Positions 20,401 to 28,980 of a stretch of DNA of 64,000 nt are shown piece by piece; the first letter of the stretch is position 1, and the number at the start of each line of letters is the position of its first letter. The position numbers and the translations under genes are program-made. Source of the DNA: Acidobacteriota bacterium (lineage in GTDB: Bacteria; Acidobacteriota; UBA890; WLXD01). A model generated the notes under the pieces. It did no database searches, had not been told where the DNA came from, and worked only from the letters and a program-made list of their open reading frames with translations. Location: the NCBI GenBank assembly GCA_965248695.1, contig CBDFKD010000002.1:480001-544000 (forward strand). The letters run 5' to 3'.

Positions 20401-23400
20401 AGGTGGATCGTGGCGAGGATCCGTCCGATCGGAGCGTCGGCCGCATCTTCTTCGCTCGCCAACCGCTCGGGCCCGGCGGCGAGCTCGCCTTTGTGTATCC
20501 GGGCTCAGGCAGCCAGTTCAACGGGATGGGGCGCGAGACATGCCTGCAGTGGCCGGGGATCGTATGGGAGCAGGACCGCACCAACGACAGGTTGCGCTCG
20601 CAGCTTGTGGCGGACTCGATCTGGCGCGGCGATGCCGCCGCGCTCACGGACGCCCGCACGGTGATCCTGTCGCAGGTGACCCTGGGCACCATGGCGACGG
20701 ATCTGATGAACGGCTTCGGCGTTCGACCCGACGCGGTGGTGGGCTACTCCCTGGGCGAGACCGCCGGCCTGTTCGCAATGGGAGCGTGGCGCGAGCGCGA
20801 CGAGATGCTGCGGCGCACCATGGAAGGCGACCTTTTCGTCAGCTCGCTCACCGGCGAGTGCTCGGCGGCACGGAGGGCATGGCGTCTCGCCGAGGACGCC
20901 GAGCTCAAGTGGCTGGTTGGCGTCGTCGATCGATCCGCCGATCGGGTGCGGGAGACTCTGCGGCGACGGCAGCGTGTCTACCTGCTGATCGTCAACACAC
21001 CGGATGAATGCGTGATCGGGGGCGACGCGGCCGCCGTCGAGGAGGTTGTCGAAGCGCTGGGGGCAGCGTTCCACGAGCTGCAGGGGGTCCCCACCGTGCA
21101 CTGCGAGGGGGCCCGTGAGGTGGAGGACGAGTACCGGGACCTGCACCTGCTCGACACCCGTGCTCCCGCGGGCGTCCGCTTCTACAGCGGCGCCTGGGGC
21201 GAGGCGTACGAGGTCGACCGGGAGAGGGCGGCGGACTCACTGTTGGCGCAGGCGATCCACGGCGTCGACTTCTCCAAGACGGTGCAGCAAGCGTACGAGG
21301 ACGGGGTTCGGATCTTCTTGGAGATGGGCCCGGGCGCTTCCTGCACCCGAATGATCCAGGTAATCCTGGAGGGTCGCGCGTTCCGGGCCCGCTCGATCTC
21401 GTCGCCGACCCAGAACGAGACGTCGACGGTGCTGCGCGCCCTGGCCATGCTGATCGCCGAACGGGTGCCTGTCGACCTGGGCCCGCTGTACCGGGGTATG
21501 CCGGCCGACGAAGAGGATCCCGGGCCGCTGAGCCGTGTGCCCGTCGGGCGGGGTGGCTTCGGGTTTTCGCAGCCGGTCCTCTCCGGCGCCCTGGCGCAGC
21601 TTCCGACGCGCGGTTCGGAGGTGACTATGGCGTTCCCGCACGGGGCCCCGGACCTCAGGATCGACTCTCCCACGGGGCCGTTGGACGTCACTCGCGTGCC
21701 CGCCGGGGTGGGGGCCGCTGTGCGCGCCGCCGAGACCACGATCCAGGCGCACGAGGCCTACCTGCGAGGAGCGCAGCGGACGCAGGAGCTCGGCGCCCTC
21801 CAGATCGCGCACCAGCGGGAGCTCATCCGGGCGATGGCGCAGGGAGGGGCCGCACCGGTGACCGTGCGGTCCGCGGATCCCGCTGCAGTCGATGGCGGCC
21901 TCGGCACGACGCATCCGGTCGGCCCGACCGCGGTTCGCCCCGTCGTTCTCGACCGCGACCAGCTCATCGAGTTCGCGGTGGGCTCTATCAGCAAGGCATT
22001 GGGCCCGGCGTTCACGGCGGTCGACGCTCACCCGACGCGCGTCCGACTGCCGAACGAGCCGCTGATGCTCGTCGACCGGGTCACCGCCATCGAGGGCGAG
22101 CCGCACTCCATGAGCTCGGGGCGCATCGTCACCGAGCACGACGTCCTGGAGGGAGCGTGGTACCTGGACGGAGGCCGGATTCCCACCTGCATCGCCGTCG
22201 AGGCGGGGCAGGCCGACCTGCTCCTGTCCAGCTACTTGGGCATCGATACGGAGACCAAGGGGCGGGCCGTGTACCGGCTGCTCGACGCCGTCATCACCTT
22301 CCACAGCGAGTTGGCTGGCCCTGGGCAGACCATCGTCTATGACATTCGGATCCTGCGGTTCTTCCGACAGGGCGACACCTGGCTCTTCCGCTTTCAGTTC
22401 GACGCCAGCGTTGCCGGCCGCCCGCTGATGACCATGAGGGAGGGCACGGCGGGCTTCTTCACACAGGCCGAGCTGGACGCTGGGAAGGGCATCGTCCAGA
22501 GCAACATGGAGCAGCGCCCGCAGGCGAGCACGCGGCCCCACGACTGGCGCCAGCTCGTGCCCATGCGCAAGGAGTCCTACGATGCCGAGCGGCTCGAGGC
22601 GCTCCGTGCCGGCGATTTGGGGAAGGCGTTCGGCGACGAGTTCGCCGGGCTCGGCGTCGAGCGCCCGCTGACCATCCCGGGCGGCCGGATGCGGCTCGTG
22701 CATCGGGTCACCGAGTTGGACCCGGAGGGAGGCCGCTACGGTATGGGCAGCATCGTGGCGGAGGCCGACATCCAACCGGACGACTGGTTCATCACCTGCC
22801 ACTTCGTCGACGACGAGGTCATGCCGGGCACCCTGATGTACGAGTGCTGCATGCACACGCTGCGCATCTTCCTGCTGCGAATGGGCTGGGTGGCAGAAGC
22901 GGGCACGGCGACCTGGCAGCCGATCCTCGAGACCAAAAGCCGGCTCCGCTGCCGCGGGCAGGTGCTCAGCTCCACCCGCCTGGTCACCTATGAGATCAAC
23001 GTCCGCGAGCTCGGGTACGGTCCTCAGCCCTACGCCATCGTGGACGCCCTCATGTACGCGGACGGCAAGCCGATCGTGGAGCTCCACGACATGTCCGTTC
23101 GCCTGACCGGGGCGAGCCGTGAGGGGCTGGAGTCCTTGTGGGCCCGCCGGGGCGCTGCTGCCTCCGGCGCCAGAACGGTCCCGTACGACAAGGCGAGCAT
23201 CCTGGCCTTCAGCAACGGCAAGCCGTCCGTGGCCTACGGCGATCCCTACCGCATCTTCGACGAGGGTCCCCGGCGCATCGCACGCCTTCCCCGTCCGCCG
23301 TACCAGTTCCTCGACCGCATTACCTCGGTGCAGGGAGAGCCCTTCGTCATGAAGGCCGGCGCCCGGGCCCGAGCCCAATTCGACGTGTCGCCGGAACATT

Positions 23401-24257
23401 GGTACTTCGCCAGCAACCGGCAGCACGAGATGCCGTTCGGGGTGCTGCTCGAGGTCGCGCTCCAGCCCTGCGGATGGCTCGCGGCCTACGTCGGCTCCGC
23501 GTTGACGTCGGAGAGCAACCTGCGCTTCCGCAACCTGGGCGGAGACGCCGCACAACTGGCGCCCATAACGGCCGGGGCCGACGTCATCACGACCGATGTG
23601 GAGCTCACCAGCGTATCGACGTCTGCCGGCGTCATCATCCAGCACTACCACGTGGCGCTCGAGAGTGAGCGCGCCGGACGCCTGTACGAGGGCACGACCT
23701 ACTTCGGCTTCTTCTCCGACCGGGCGCTGGCCGCCAAAGTGGGCATGCGCGACGCTGTGATCTATCAGCCTTCAGCGGCCGAGAGCGAAAGGGGCACCAG
23801 CTCCCCGGTACCGAGCGCGCGTCCGTTTCCGGACCGGCGCATGCGCATGGTGGATCATATCGAGCTGCTGGTTCCCGACGGCGGCCCCGAAGGCCTCGGG
23901 TGGATCCACGGCTCCATCGCCGTCGACGCGGATGCCTGGTTCTTCGAGGCACACTTCTACCAGGATCCCGTGTGGCCGGGCTCGCTGGGGCTGGAGGCCT
24001 TCCTGCAGCTCCTCAAGATCTACGCCGCGCGGCGCTGGGGCCTGGGCGAGCATGTCCGGTTCTCCTCGGTGGCCGAGCGCAAGCACCGCTGGAGCTACCG
24101 CGGCCAGATCATACCGGGCTGCGAACGTGTCGAGGTCCTTGCCAGCATCACCGCGGTGGACGACGATCGACACAGCCTGGTCGCCGATGGCTTCCTCGTC
24201 GTGGACGGCCGGACGATCTACTCCATGAACGACTTCAGCCTGGAGTGCCGCAGGTGA
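17448..24257 (+). CDS. pfaC: PUFA synthase fused subunit B/C: KS-CLF-AT-FabA-like DH domains
   Basis: KS (DAACASS, ECHATGT, TGHLL); Cys-less CLF (SSEETSG); PfaB-type AT (GYSLG, TVHC); FabA-type DH motifs CHFVDDEVMPGTL and AHFYQDPVWPGSLG. Confidence 0.92.
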   Translation: MTREPIAIVGLGGVLPGAPTLDNFWQVVEGGVDTASEPPAGRWPLELDLAYHLDHARADRVYSRRACFVRDFRLDPTGLDLPPDLLDALDPMVHLALHAGREAWHEAVAEPVDPRRVGVMLGNIVLPTAAVSAMADWILGRRFERELFRAAGVPTPPETRSPVSAVNRWVAGLPAAMLARALGLGGERLCLDAACASSLFAVGLAVDALRSGRLDAVLAGGLSRPDSLYTQMGFSQLLAVSPTGRCAPFDRKADGLVVGEGAGVLALKRLSDALAHGDRIRALVHSVGLSNDVEGSLLAPSREGQLRAMADVYRAAGWRPSNVDLVECHATGTPVGDAVEFASLQALWEEEDASPGACVIGSVKSNTGHLLTGAGAVGMLKTVLALEHGVLPPTANFEQAGDNVELAGSPFRVLQRAEPWPSPSGHPRRAAVSGFGFGGTNAHVLLEEAVEPSRVAVSVSLPERPPDPDVVIVGLGARIGPWRDLTAVRQRMFGRGEDHAAAPKRHHWGIPDAPVGWFIEELEIPFGRFKIPPREIEDALPQQILMLQVAERAIADTCLDDVERLRTGVFVGVELDLNTTNYHLRWSVRARAADWARRLGRPAEGEEFERWADGLCDAIGPALNANRTIGGLGSIVASRVAREFGLGGPSYVLSSEETSGLSALRAATRALQRGRLDCALVGAVDFSGDVRSLLSLSSAEGFSTDGGPDSFEAGADGIVPSDGAVALVLKRERDARRDGDRIYAIVRGIGSAGGDLEHACDQAIRCGCEAAGVSPRELAYVESDGNGAGRQDRVEAAVLRRTFPADTLNGCAKARVGNVGAAAGLVSVLGATLSLYHQMLPPAGPTGRGPGEPELTHLRQPHPWVRDQIDGPRRAGVLARARSGACAYVVLQESDRGAQKDDLAQPLGPTPEGLFVVEADDADSLTVGLRRLSAFASGGEDRPVAYLAESWWRERPLRAEAPLGVTLVARNASELESLAGTAADQVDRGEDPSDRSVGRIFFARQPLGPGGELAFVYPGSGSQFNGMGRETCLQWPGIVWEQDRTNDRLRSQLVADSIWRGDAAALTDARTVILSQVTLGTMATDLMNGFGVRPDAVVGYSLGETAGLFAMGAWRERDEMLRRTMEGDLFVSSLTGECSAARRAWRLAEDAELKWLVGVVDRSADRVRETLRRRQRVYLLIVNTPDECVIGGDAAAVEEVVEALGAAFHELQGVPTVHCEGAREVEDEYRDLHLLDTRAPAGVRFYSGAWGEAYEVDRERAADSLLAQAIHGVDFSKTVQQAYEDGVRIFLEMGPGASCTRMIQVILEGRAFRARSISSPTQNETSTVLRALAMLIAERVPVDLGPLYRGMPADEEDPGPLSRVPVGRGGFGFSQPVLSGALAQLPTRGSEVTMAFPHGAPDLRIDSPTGPLDVTRVPAGVGAAVRAAETTIQAHEAYLRGAQRTQELGALQIAHQRELIRAMAQGGAAPVTVRSADPAAVDGGLGTTHPVGPTAVRPVVLDRDQLIEFAVGSISKALGPAFTAVDAHPTRVRLPNEPLMLVDRVTAIEGEPHSMSSGRIVTEHDVLEGAWYLDGGRIPTCIAVEAGQADLLLSSYLGIDTETKGRAVYRLLDAVITFHSELAGPGQTIVYDIRILRFFRQGDTWLFRFQFDASVAGRPLMTMREGTAGFFTQAELDAGKGIVQSNMEQRPQASTRPHDWRQLVPMRKESYDAERLEALRAGDLGKAFGDEFAGLGVERPLTIPGGRMRLVHRVTELDPEGGRYGMGSIVAEADIQPDDWFITCHFVDDEVMPGTLMYECCMHTLRIFLLRMGWVAEAGTATWQPILETKSRLRCRGQVLSSTRLVTYEINVRELGYGPQPYAIVDALMYADGKPIVELHDMSVRLTGASREGLESLWARRGAAASGARTVPYDKASILAFSNGKPSVAYGDPYRIFDEGPRRIARLPRPPYQFLDRITSVQGEPFVMKAGARARAQFDVSPEHWYFASNRQHEMPFGVLLEVALQPCGWLAAYVGSALTSESNLRFRNLGGDAAQLAPITAGADVITTDVELTSVSTSAGVIIQHYHVALESERAGRLYEGTTYFGFFSDRALAAKVGMRDAVIYQPSAAESERGTSSPVPSARPFPDRRMRMVDHIELLVPDGGPEGLGWIHGSIAVDADAWFFEAHFYQDPVWPGSLGLEAFLQLLKIYAARRWGLGEHVRFSSVAERKHRWSYRGQIIPGCERVEVLASITAVDDDRHSLVADGFLVVDGRTIYSMNDFSLECRR

Positions 24258-25333
24258 GGTACTCTCGCGTCTTCATCGAGAGCTTCGGATACGAGCTGGC
24301 GCCCTGCGTAGTTACCACGGCGGAGTTGGAGGAGCGGCTGGCCCCCGCGTATGGCAGCCTGCACATCCTGCCCGGGCAGCTCGAGCAGATCACCGGCATT
24401 CGGGAGCGACGCTACTGGCCGCCGGGTTACACGGTGACGCGAGGTGCCACGGCGGCGGCCGAGAAGGCGCTGAACGGCTCGCCCGTCCCGTCCGAGGCCT
24501 TGGAGATGCTGATCTACGGCGGCGTCTGTCGCGAGCACTTCGAGCCCGCGACCGCTTGCCACGTGGCCGCCGGGCTGCAGGACGCAGGTCACTCGATCCA
24601 CCCCTCGGCGCACGTTTACGACGTCGGCAACGCTTGCCTCGGCGTGCTCAACGGCATGCTCGATATCGCCAACCGCATCGAGCTAGGCCACATCCGGGCG
24701 GGCATGGTGTTCAGCTGCGAGACGGCGCGCCACATCGTCGAGACCACGATCGCCCGGCTCAACGGTGCCGCCGACATGGAGGAGTTCAAGACCGCCGTCG
24801 CCACGCTGACCGGCGGAGCGGCGGCCGTTGCGGTGATCCTGAGCGACGGATCGTTCGACGAGGGCGGACGGCGGCGCCTACGAGGAGCGGTGGTGGAGGC
24901 GGCGCCGGAACATCACACGTTGTGCTGCTGGGGAATCGACGCCCATCCCGCCGGCCAAGCGCCCGGGGCGGAGGCCAGCCTACGGCAGTTCGCCAGCACC
25001 GACGCGAGCGCTGTGCTCGAACACGGCGTCGCGCTCGGGGAGCGCACTTGGGAGCTGTTCCTCCGGGAGATGCAGTGGCAGGTTTCGGACGTGGATCGGA
25101 CTCTCTGCCACCAGGTTGGATCGGCGCACCGTGAGGTCATGCTAGGACGTATGGGACTGCAGCCGGAGCAGGACTTCATTACCTACGAATACCTCGGGAA
25201 CACGGGAACGGCGGGGCTCCCAGTCGCGGCCGCCCTGGCCCAGGAGCGAGGGTTCGTGCAGCCGGGTCACCGGGTCGGCCTGCTCGGCATCGGCAGTGGG
25301 CTCAACTGCATGATGTTGGGGGTGGAATGGTGA
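24254..25333 (+). CDS. oleA: Acyl-CoA head-to-head condensing thiolase/FabH-like enzyme OleA
   Basis: True start is probably GTG 24254 (GTGA overlap with the pfaC stop), giving MRYSRVFIESFGYELAP; catalytic residues in FEPATA (Glu), NACLG (Cys), CHQVG (His), LGNTG (Asn); ends GIGSGLNCMMLGVEW. Confidence 0.92.
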   Translation: MRYSRVFIESFGYELAPCVVTTAELEERLAPAYGSLHILPGQLEQITGIRERRYWPPGYTVTRGATAAAEKALNGSPVPSEALEMLIYGGVCREHFEPATACHVAAGLQDAGHSIHPSAHVYDVGNACLGVLNGMLDIANRIELGHIRAGMVFSCETARHIVETTIARLNGAADMEEFKTAVATLTGGAAAVAVILSDGSFDEGGRRRLRGAVVEAAPEHHTLCCWGIDAHPAGQAPGAEASLRQFASTDASAVLEHGVALGERTWELFLREMQWQVSDVDRTLCHQVGSAHREVMLGRMGLQPEQDFITYEYLGNTGTAGLPVAAALAQERGFVQPGHRVGLLGIGSGLNCMMLGVEW

Positions 25334-25363
25334 GCCAACTGCTGATGTTGGGAGTGGAGTAGC

Positions 25364-26251
25364 GTGAGCGCGCTCTTCCCCTTCACCCCCCACTACCTGG
25401 ACATCGACGGCCACCGGATGCACTACGTGGACGAGGGCGAGGGCGAGGTGATCCTCATGCTGCACGGCAATCCGAGCTGGTCCTTCCTGTACCGCGACCT
25501 GATCGGTGAGCTGATGCGTGGTCACCGGGCCGTCGCACCCGACCACATCGGCTGCGGCCGCTCCGATAAGCCCGGCGACGGCGCCTACGACTACACCCTG
25601 GCGTCCCGGGTCTCGGACGTGTCCCGGCTCGTTGAAGAACTGGACGTGGACAACATCACGTTGGTGGTACACGACTGGGGCGGCATGATCGGGATGGCCT
25701 GGGCCACTCGGCACGCCGATCTCGTCTCGCGCCTCGTGGTGCTGAACACCGCGGCGTTTCCGCTGCCGCCCGGCAAGCGCTTTCCCCGCGCCCTTGCGCT
25801 GGCGCGAGCCCCCGGGATCGGGGCGCTGCTGGTGCGGGGCGCCAACGCATTTTCTCGCACCGCCGTTCGCCGCTGCGTCACCCGCAAGGCCATGAGCGAT
25901 GAAGTGGCAGCAGGGTACCTGGAGCCCTACGATTCCTGGGCCCACCGGATTGCCATCCATCGCTTCGTCCAGGACATACCGCTAGGCGCCGGCGATCGCA
26001 GCTACGGGATCGTGCAGAGGACCGCGGAGCAGCTCGACCGGCTGGCTGATATCCCTCTGATGATCTGCTGGGGCCTGAAGGACTTCGTCTTCGATCGGTA
26101 CTTCCTCGACGAGTGGCAGCGCCGCTTTCCCGCGGCCGAGGTGCATCGCTTCGATGACTGCGGACACTACGTGCTCGAGGACGCCGGAGAGGAGATCGTG
26201 CCGCTGGTGCGCCGCTTCCTCGAAGCGCACCCGCTGAGAGCATCGGTGTGA
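25364..26251 (+). CDS. oleB: Beta-lactone decarboxylase (haloalkane dehalogenase-like alpha/beta hydrolase) OleB
   Basis: LHGNPSWSF, APDHIGCGRS, VVHDWGG nucleophile Asp, GHYVLEDA; lies between oleA and oleC. Confidence 0.92.
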   Translation: MSALFPFTPHYLDIDGHRMHYVDEGEGEVILMLHGNPSWSFLYRDLIGELMRGHRAVAPDHIGCGRSDKPGDGAYDYTLASRVSDVSRLVEELDVDNITLVVHDWGGMIGMAWATRHADLVSRLVVLNTAAFPLPPGKRFPRALALARAPGIGALLVRGANAFSRTAVRRCVTRKAMSDEVAAGYLEPYDSWAHRIAIHRFVQDIPLGAGDRSYGIVQRTAEQLDRLADIPLMICWGLKDFVFDRYFLDEWQRRFPAAEVHRFDDCGHYVLEDAGEEIVPLVRRFLEAHPLRASV

Positions 26252-27933
26252 GCATCGACGGGGCCGCCGCGGCGGAACCGTCCGTTGACCACGTCAACGT
26301 TGCCGCCTACCTCCCCGAGATGGCCGTCCGCCAGCCGGACACGCTGGCCGTGGCCGTGGCCGCCGGAAGGAACCGCGACGGAACCGCGCGCTACGTTCGC
26401 CTCACGGCGCTCGAGCTCGATCGCCGCTCCGACCGCATCGCCCATGCCCTGGTCGGCGTCGGAATCGGCGAAGGCGTGCGCACGGTCCTCATGGTCAAGC
26501 CCAGCCTGGACTTCTTCGCCCTGACGTTCGCGATGCTCAAGGTCGGGGCCGTCCCCGTGATGGTCGATCCTGGCATGGGAACCAGGAACCTCCGCACTTG
26601 CCTGGACGAAGCGGAGCCGGAGGCTTTCATCGGTATCCCGAAGGCGCACGCGGCTCGCGCCGTGCTCGGTTGGGCCAGGAAGACGGTTCGCACCAAGGTG
26701 ACGGTCGGCCGCAGGCTCTTCTGGGGCGGGCACGTATTAGCTAAGCTGGAAGCTGCCATCCTCGACCAGCCCTACCCGGTGCTCGAGCCCGACCCCGAGC
26801 AGACCGCCGCGATCCTCTTCACCAGCGGTAGCACCGGTGTCCCGAAGGGCGTGGTGATGCCGTTTCGCGTGTTCGCCGCCCAGGTAGAGGCACTCAGGAA
26901 TGTCTACGGGATCGAGCCAGGCGAGCGCGACCTCGCCACCTTCCCGCTGTTCGCGCTGTTCGGTCCGGCGCTGGGCATGGCCTCGATCGTTCCGGACATG
27001 GACGCCAGTCGTCCCGGTGCGGCCGACCCCGAGCGCCTCTTCGAGGCCTTGAACGACTTCCAGTGCACCAACCTCTTCGCCTCACCCGCCCTGATAGACA
27101 AGCTCGGCCGGCACTGCAGCGACCAGGGGCTCGAACTCTCGTCGCTGCGGCGTGCCCTCTCGGCCGGTGCGCCCGCGTCGACGCCGGCGCTGGAGCGCTT
27201 TCAGAGGGCGCTGCCGGAGGGCGTGGAGGTCCTGACCTCGTACGGCGCCACGGAGTCGCTGCCCGTCTCCGTGATGGGAAGCGAAGCGATTCTGCGCGAG
27301 ACAAGCCAGATTACCGATCGCGGCGGGGGAGTGTGCGTAGGTCGACCCGTGCCGGGCTTGGACGTGCGCATCATCCCCGTCCACGACGAGCCGTTGGAGG
27401 CCTGGTCGGAAGACCTGCCGTTGCCGGTGGGTGAGATCGGGGAGATCGCGGTGCGCGGAGCCGTGGTCACGCCGTCCTACTACAAACGCCCCGAGGCGAC
27501 CAAGCTGGCCAAGATCCGCGGGTCGGACGGCCGGCTCTGGCACCGCATGGGCGACGTCGGTTACCTCGACGAGCAGGACCGTATCTGGATGTGCGGCCGC
27601 AAGGACCATCGCGTGCAGACGGCACAGGGAACGATGTTCACCATCCCCTGCGAGGCAGTCTTCAACACCCACCCGGCCGTTCGTCGCAGCGCACTCGTCG
27701 GCGTAACGCGGTCCGGGCTGGTCCAGCCGGTGCTGTGCGTGGAGCGAGCGCCCGGCCACGATATTCGATCAGGGGCGTTGACGCGGGAGCTTCTGGGTAT
27801 CGCCAAGGAGCACGAGCACACGAGTCGCATCGAGACCGTGCTCTACCACGACTCCTTTCCCGTCGACGTCCGTCACAACGCCAAGATCTTCCGCGAGAAG
27901 CTCGCCGTCTGGGCGCAGGAGCAGTTCCCGTGA
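26248..27933 (+). CDS. oleC: Beta-lactone synthetase (AMP-forming ligase) OleC
   Basis: FTSGSTGVPKG, SYGATESLP, WHRMGDVG, OleC-type C-terminus FPVDVRHNAKIFREKLAVWA; GTGA overlap with oleB. Confidence 0.92.
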   Translation: MSIDGAAAAEPSVDHVNVAAYLPEMAVRQPDTLAVAVAAGRNRDGTARYVRLTALELDRRSDRIAHALVGVGIGEGVRTVLMVKPSLDFFALTFAMLKVGAVPVMVDPGMGTRNLRTCLDEAEPEAFIGIPKAHAARAVLGWARKTVRTKVTVGRRLFWGGHVLAKLEAAILDQPYPVLEPDPEQTAAILFTSGSTGVPKGVVMPFRVFAAQVEALRNVYGIEPGERDLATFPLFALFGPALGMASIVPDMDASRPGAADPERLFEALNDFQCTNLFASPALIDKLGRHCSDQGLELSSLRRALSAGAPASTPALERFQRALPEGVEVLTSYGATESLPVSVMGSEAILRETSQITDRGGGVCVGRPVPGLDVRIIPVHDEPLEAWSEDLPLPVGEIGEIAVRGAVVTPSYYKRPEATKLAKIRGSDGRLWHRMGDVGYLDEQDRIWMCGRKDHRVQTAQGTMFTIPCEAVFNTHPAVRRSALVGVTRSGLVQPVLCVERAPGHDIRSGALTRELLGIAKEHEHTSRIETVLYHDSFPVDVRHNAKIFREKLAVWAQEQFP

Positions 27934-28949
27934 AGGCCTTGGTCACCGGGGCAGGCGGGTTCGTGGGCGGAGCCGTCGCGCGAGCGCTGCGGACGCAGGG
28001 CGACGACGTCCGGGGCTTCTCCCGCGGATCCCACCCGGAGCTCAGCGCGATGGGCGTCGACCAGCGCCGCGGCGACATCGCGGACGACCGCGCGGTGCAG
28101 GACGCCGTGCGCGGGGTGGACGTGGTCTTCCACGCCGCCGCCAAGGTGGCGGCGGGCGGGCGTTACGCCGACTTCCACGCCACCAACGTGCGTGGGACCG
28201 ACAACGTCATCGCCGCATGCCGGAAGTGTGGTGTGCCGGTTCTGGTGTACACGTCGACGCCGAGTGTGGCGTTCGGGCGGTCGGATCTGGAGGGCGTGGA
28301 CGAATCGATCGGGTACTCCGATCAGCACGACTCGCTCTACGGACGCACCAAGGCCGAAGCCGAGCGGCTGTTGCTGGCCGCCGCCTCGGACGAGCTGCGC
28401 ACCGTGGCGCTGCGGCCGCACCTGGTGTGGGGCCCCGGAGATACGTCTCTCCTTCCGCGAGTGGTGCAGCGGGGCCGGAGCGGAGCGCTCCGCCGCATCG
28501 ACGGGCCCGCCAAGCGGATGGACGTCACCTACATCGACGACGCGGTCCACGCTCACCTCCTTGCCGCCGAGCGTCTGCTGGCCGGCGGCGAAGCGGCGGC
28601 GCGAGTCTGCGGCAATGCGTACTTCCTCAACTCCGGTGAACCGGTCGAGATCTGGGAGTTCATCGACCGGCTGCTGGCGGCGGCCGGCGTTGCGCCGGTC
28701 GAGAAGCACGTATCGCTGCGAGCCGCGATGGCGGCGGGATGGGTGCTCGAGGTGGTCCACGCGCTGACCGGCGCCAAGGGTGACCCGCGCATGAGCCGCT
28801 GGATCGTGCGCGAGCTGACCACCGCCCGCTGGTTCGACATCAGCGCCGCGCGTCGCGACCTGGGATACCAGCCAGGGGTGTCGCTGGACGAGGGCATGCG
28901 CCGGCTGGCCGCCTGGATCCAACCCGCTAGTACCGGGCCCGCCGCGTAG
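27930..28949 (+). CDS. oleD: 2-alkyl-3-oxoalkanoate reductase (extended SDR/3-beta-HSD family) OleD
   Basis: GTG start at 27930 overlaps the oleC stop; ALVTGAGGFVG, VYTSTPSV, YGRTK (YxxxK), LRPHLVWGPGD. Confidence 0.92.
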   Translation: MKALVTGAGGFVGGAVARALRTQGDDVRGFSRGSHPELSAMGVDQRRGDIADDRAVQDAVRGVDVVFHAAAKVAAGGRYADFHATNVRGTDNVIAACRKCGVPVLVYTSTPSVAFGRSDLEGVDESIGYSDQHDSLYGRTKAEAERLLLAAASDELRTVALRPHLVWGPGDTSLLPRVVQRGRSGALRRIDGPAKRMDVTYIDDAVHAHLLAAERLLAGGEAAARVCGNAYFLNSGEPVEIWEFIDRLLAAAGVAPVEKHVSLRAAMAAGWVLEVVHALTGAKGDPRMSRWIVRELTTARWFDISAARRDLGYQPGVSLDEGMRRLAAWIQPASTGPAA

Positions 28950-28980
28950 CGCCGCGCCGGAGCCAGGGCTCGGCAAGTGC

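Noticed and set aside
11007-23651. Long antisense ORFs (697, 712 and 804 aa) opposite pfaA/pfaC, and similar shadows elsewhere (e.g. 43834-45558)
   Set aside because: These are typical stop-poor antisense frames of high-GC coding DNA, with no recognisable motifs.
23900-24253. N-terminal extension of the 477-aa ORF containing oleA
   Set aside because: It overlaps pfaC in another frame. The OleA-like sequence begins at GTG 24254 with a GTGA coupling, so this is not a PfaC-OleA fusion or frameshift.
27591-27929. N-terminal extension of the oleD ORF
   Set aside because: It overlaps oleC; the Rossmann motif starts at GTG 27930.
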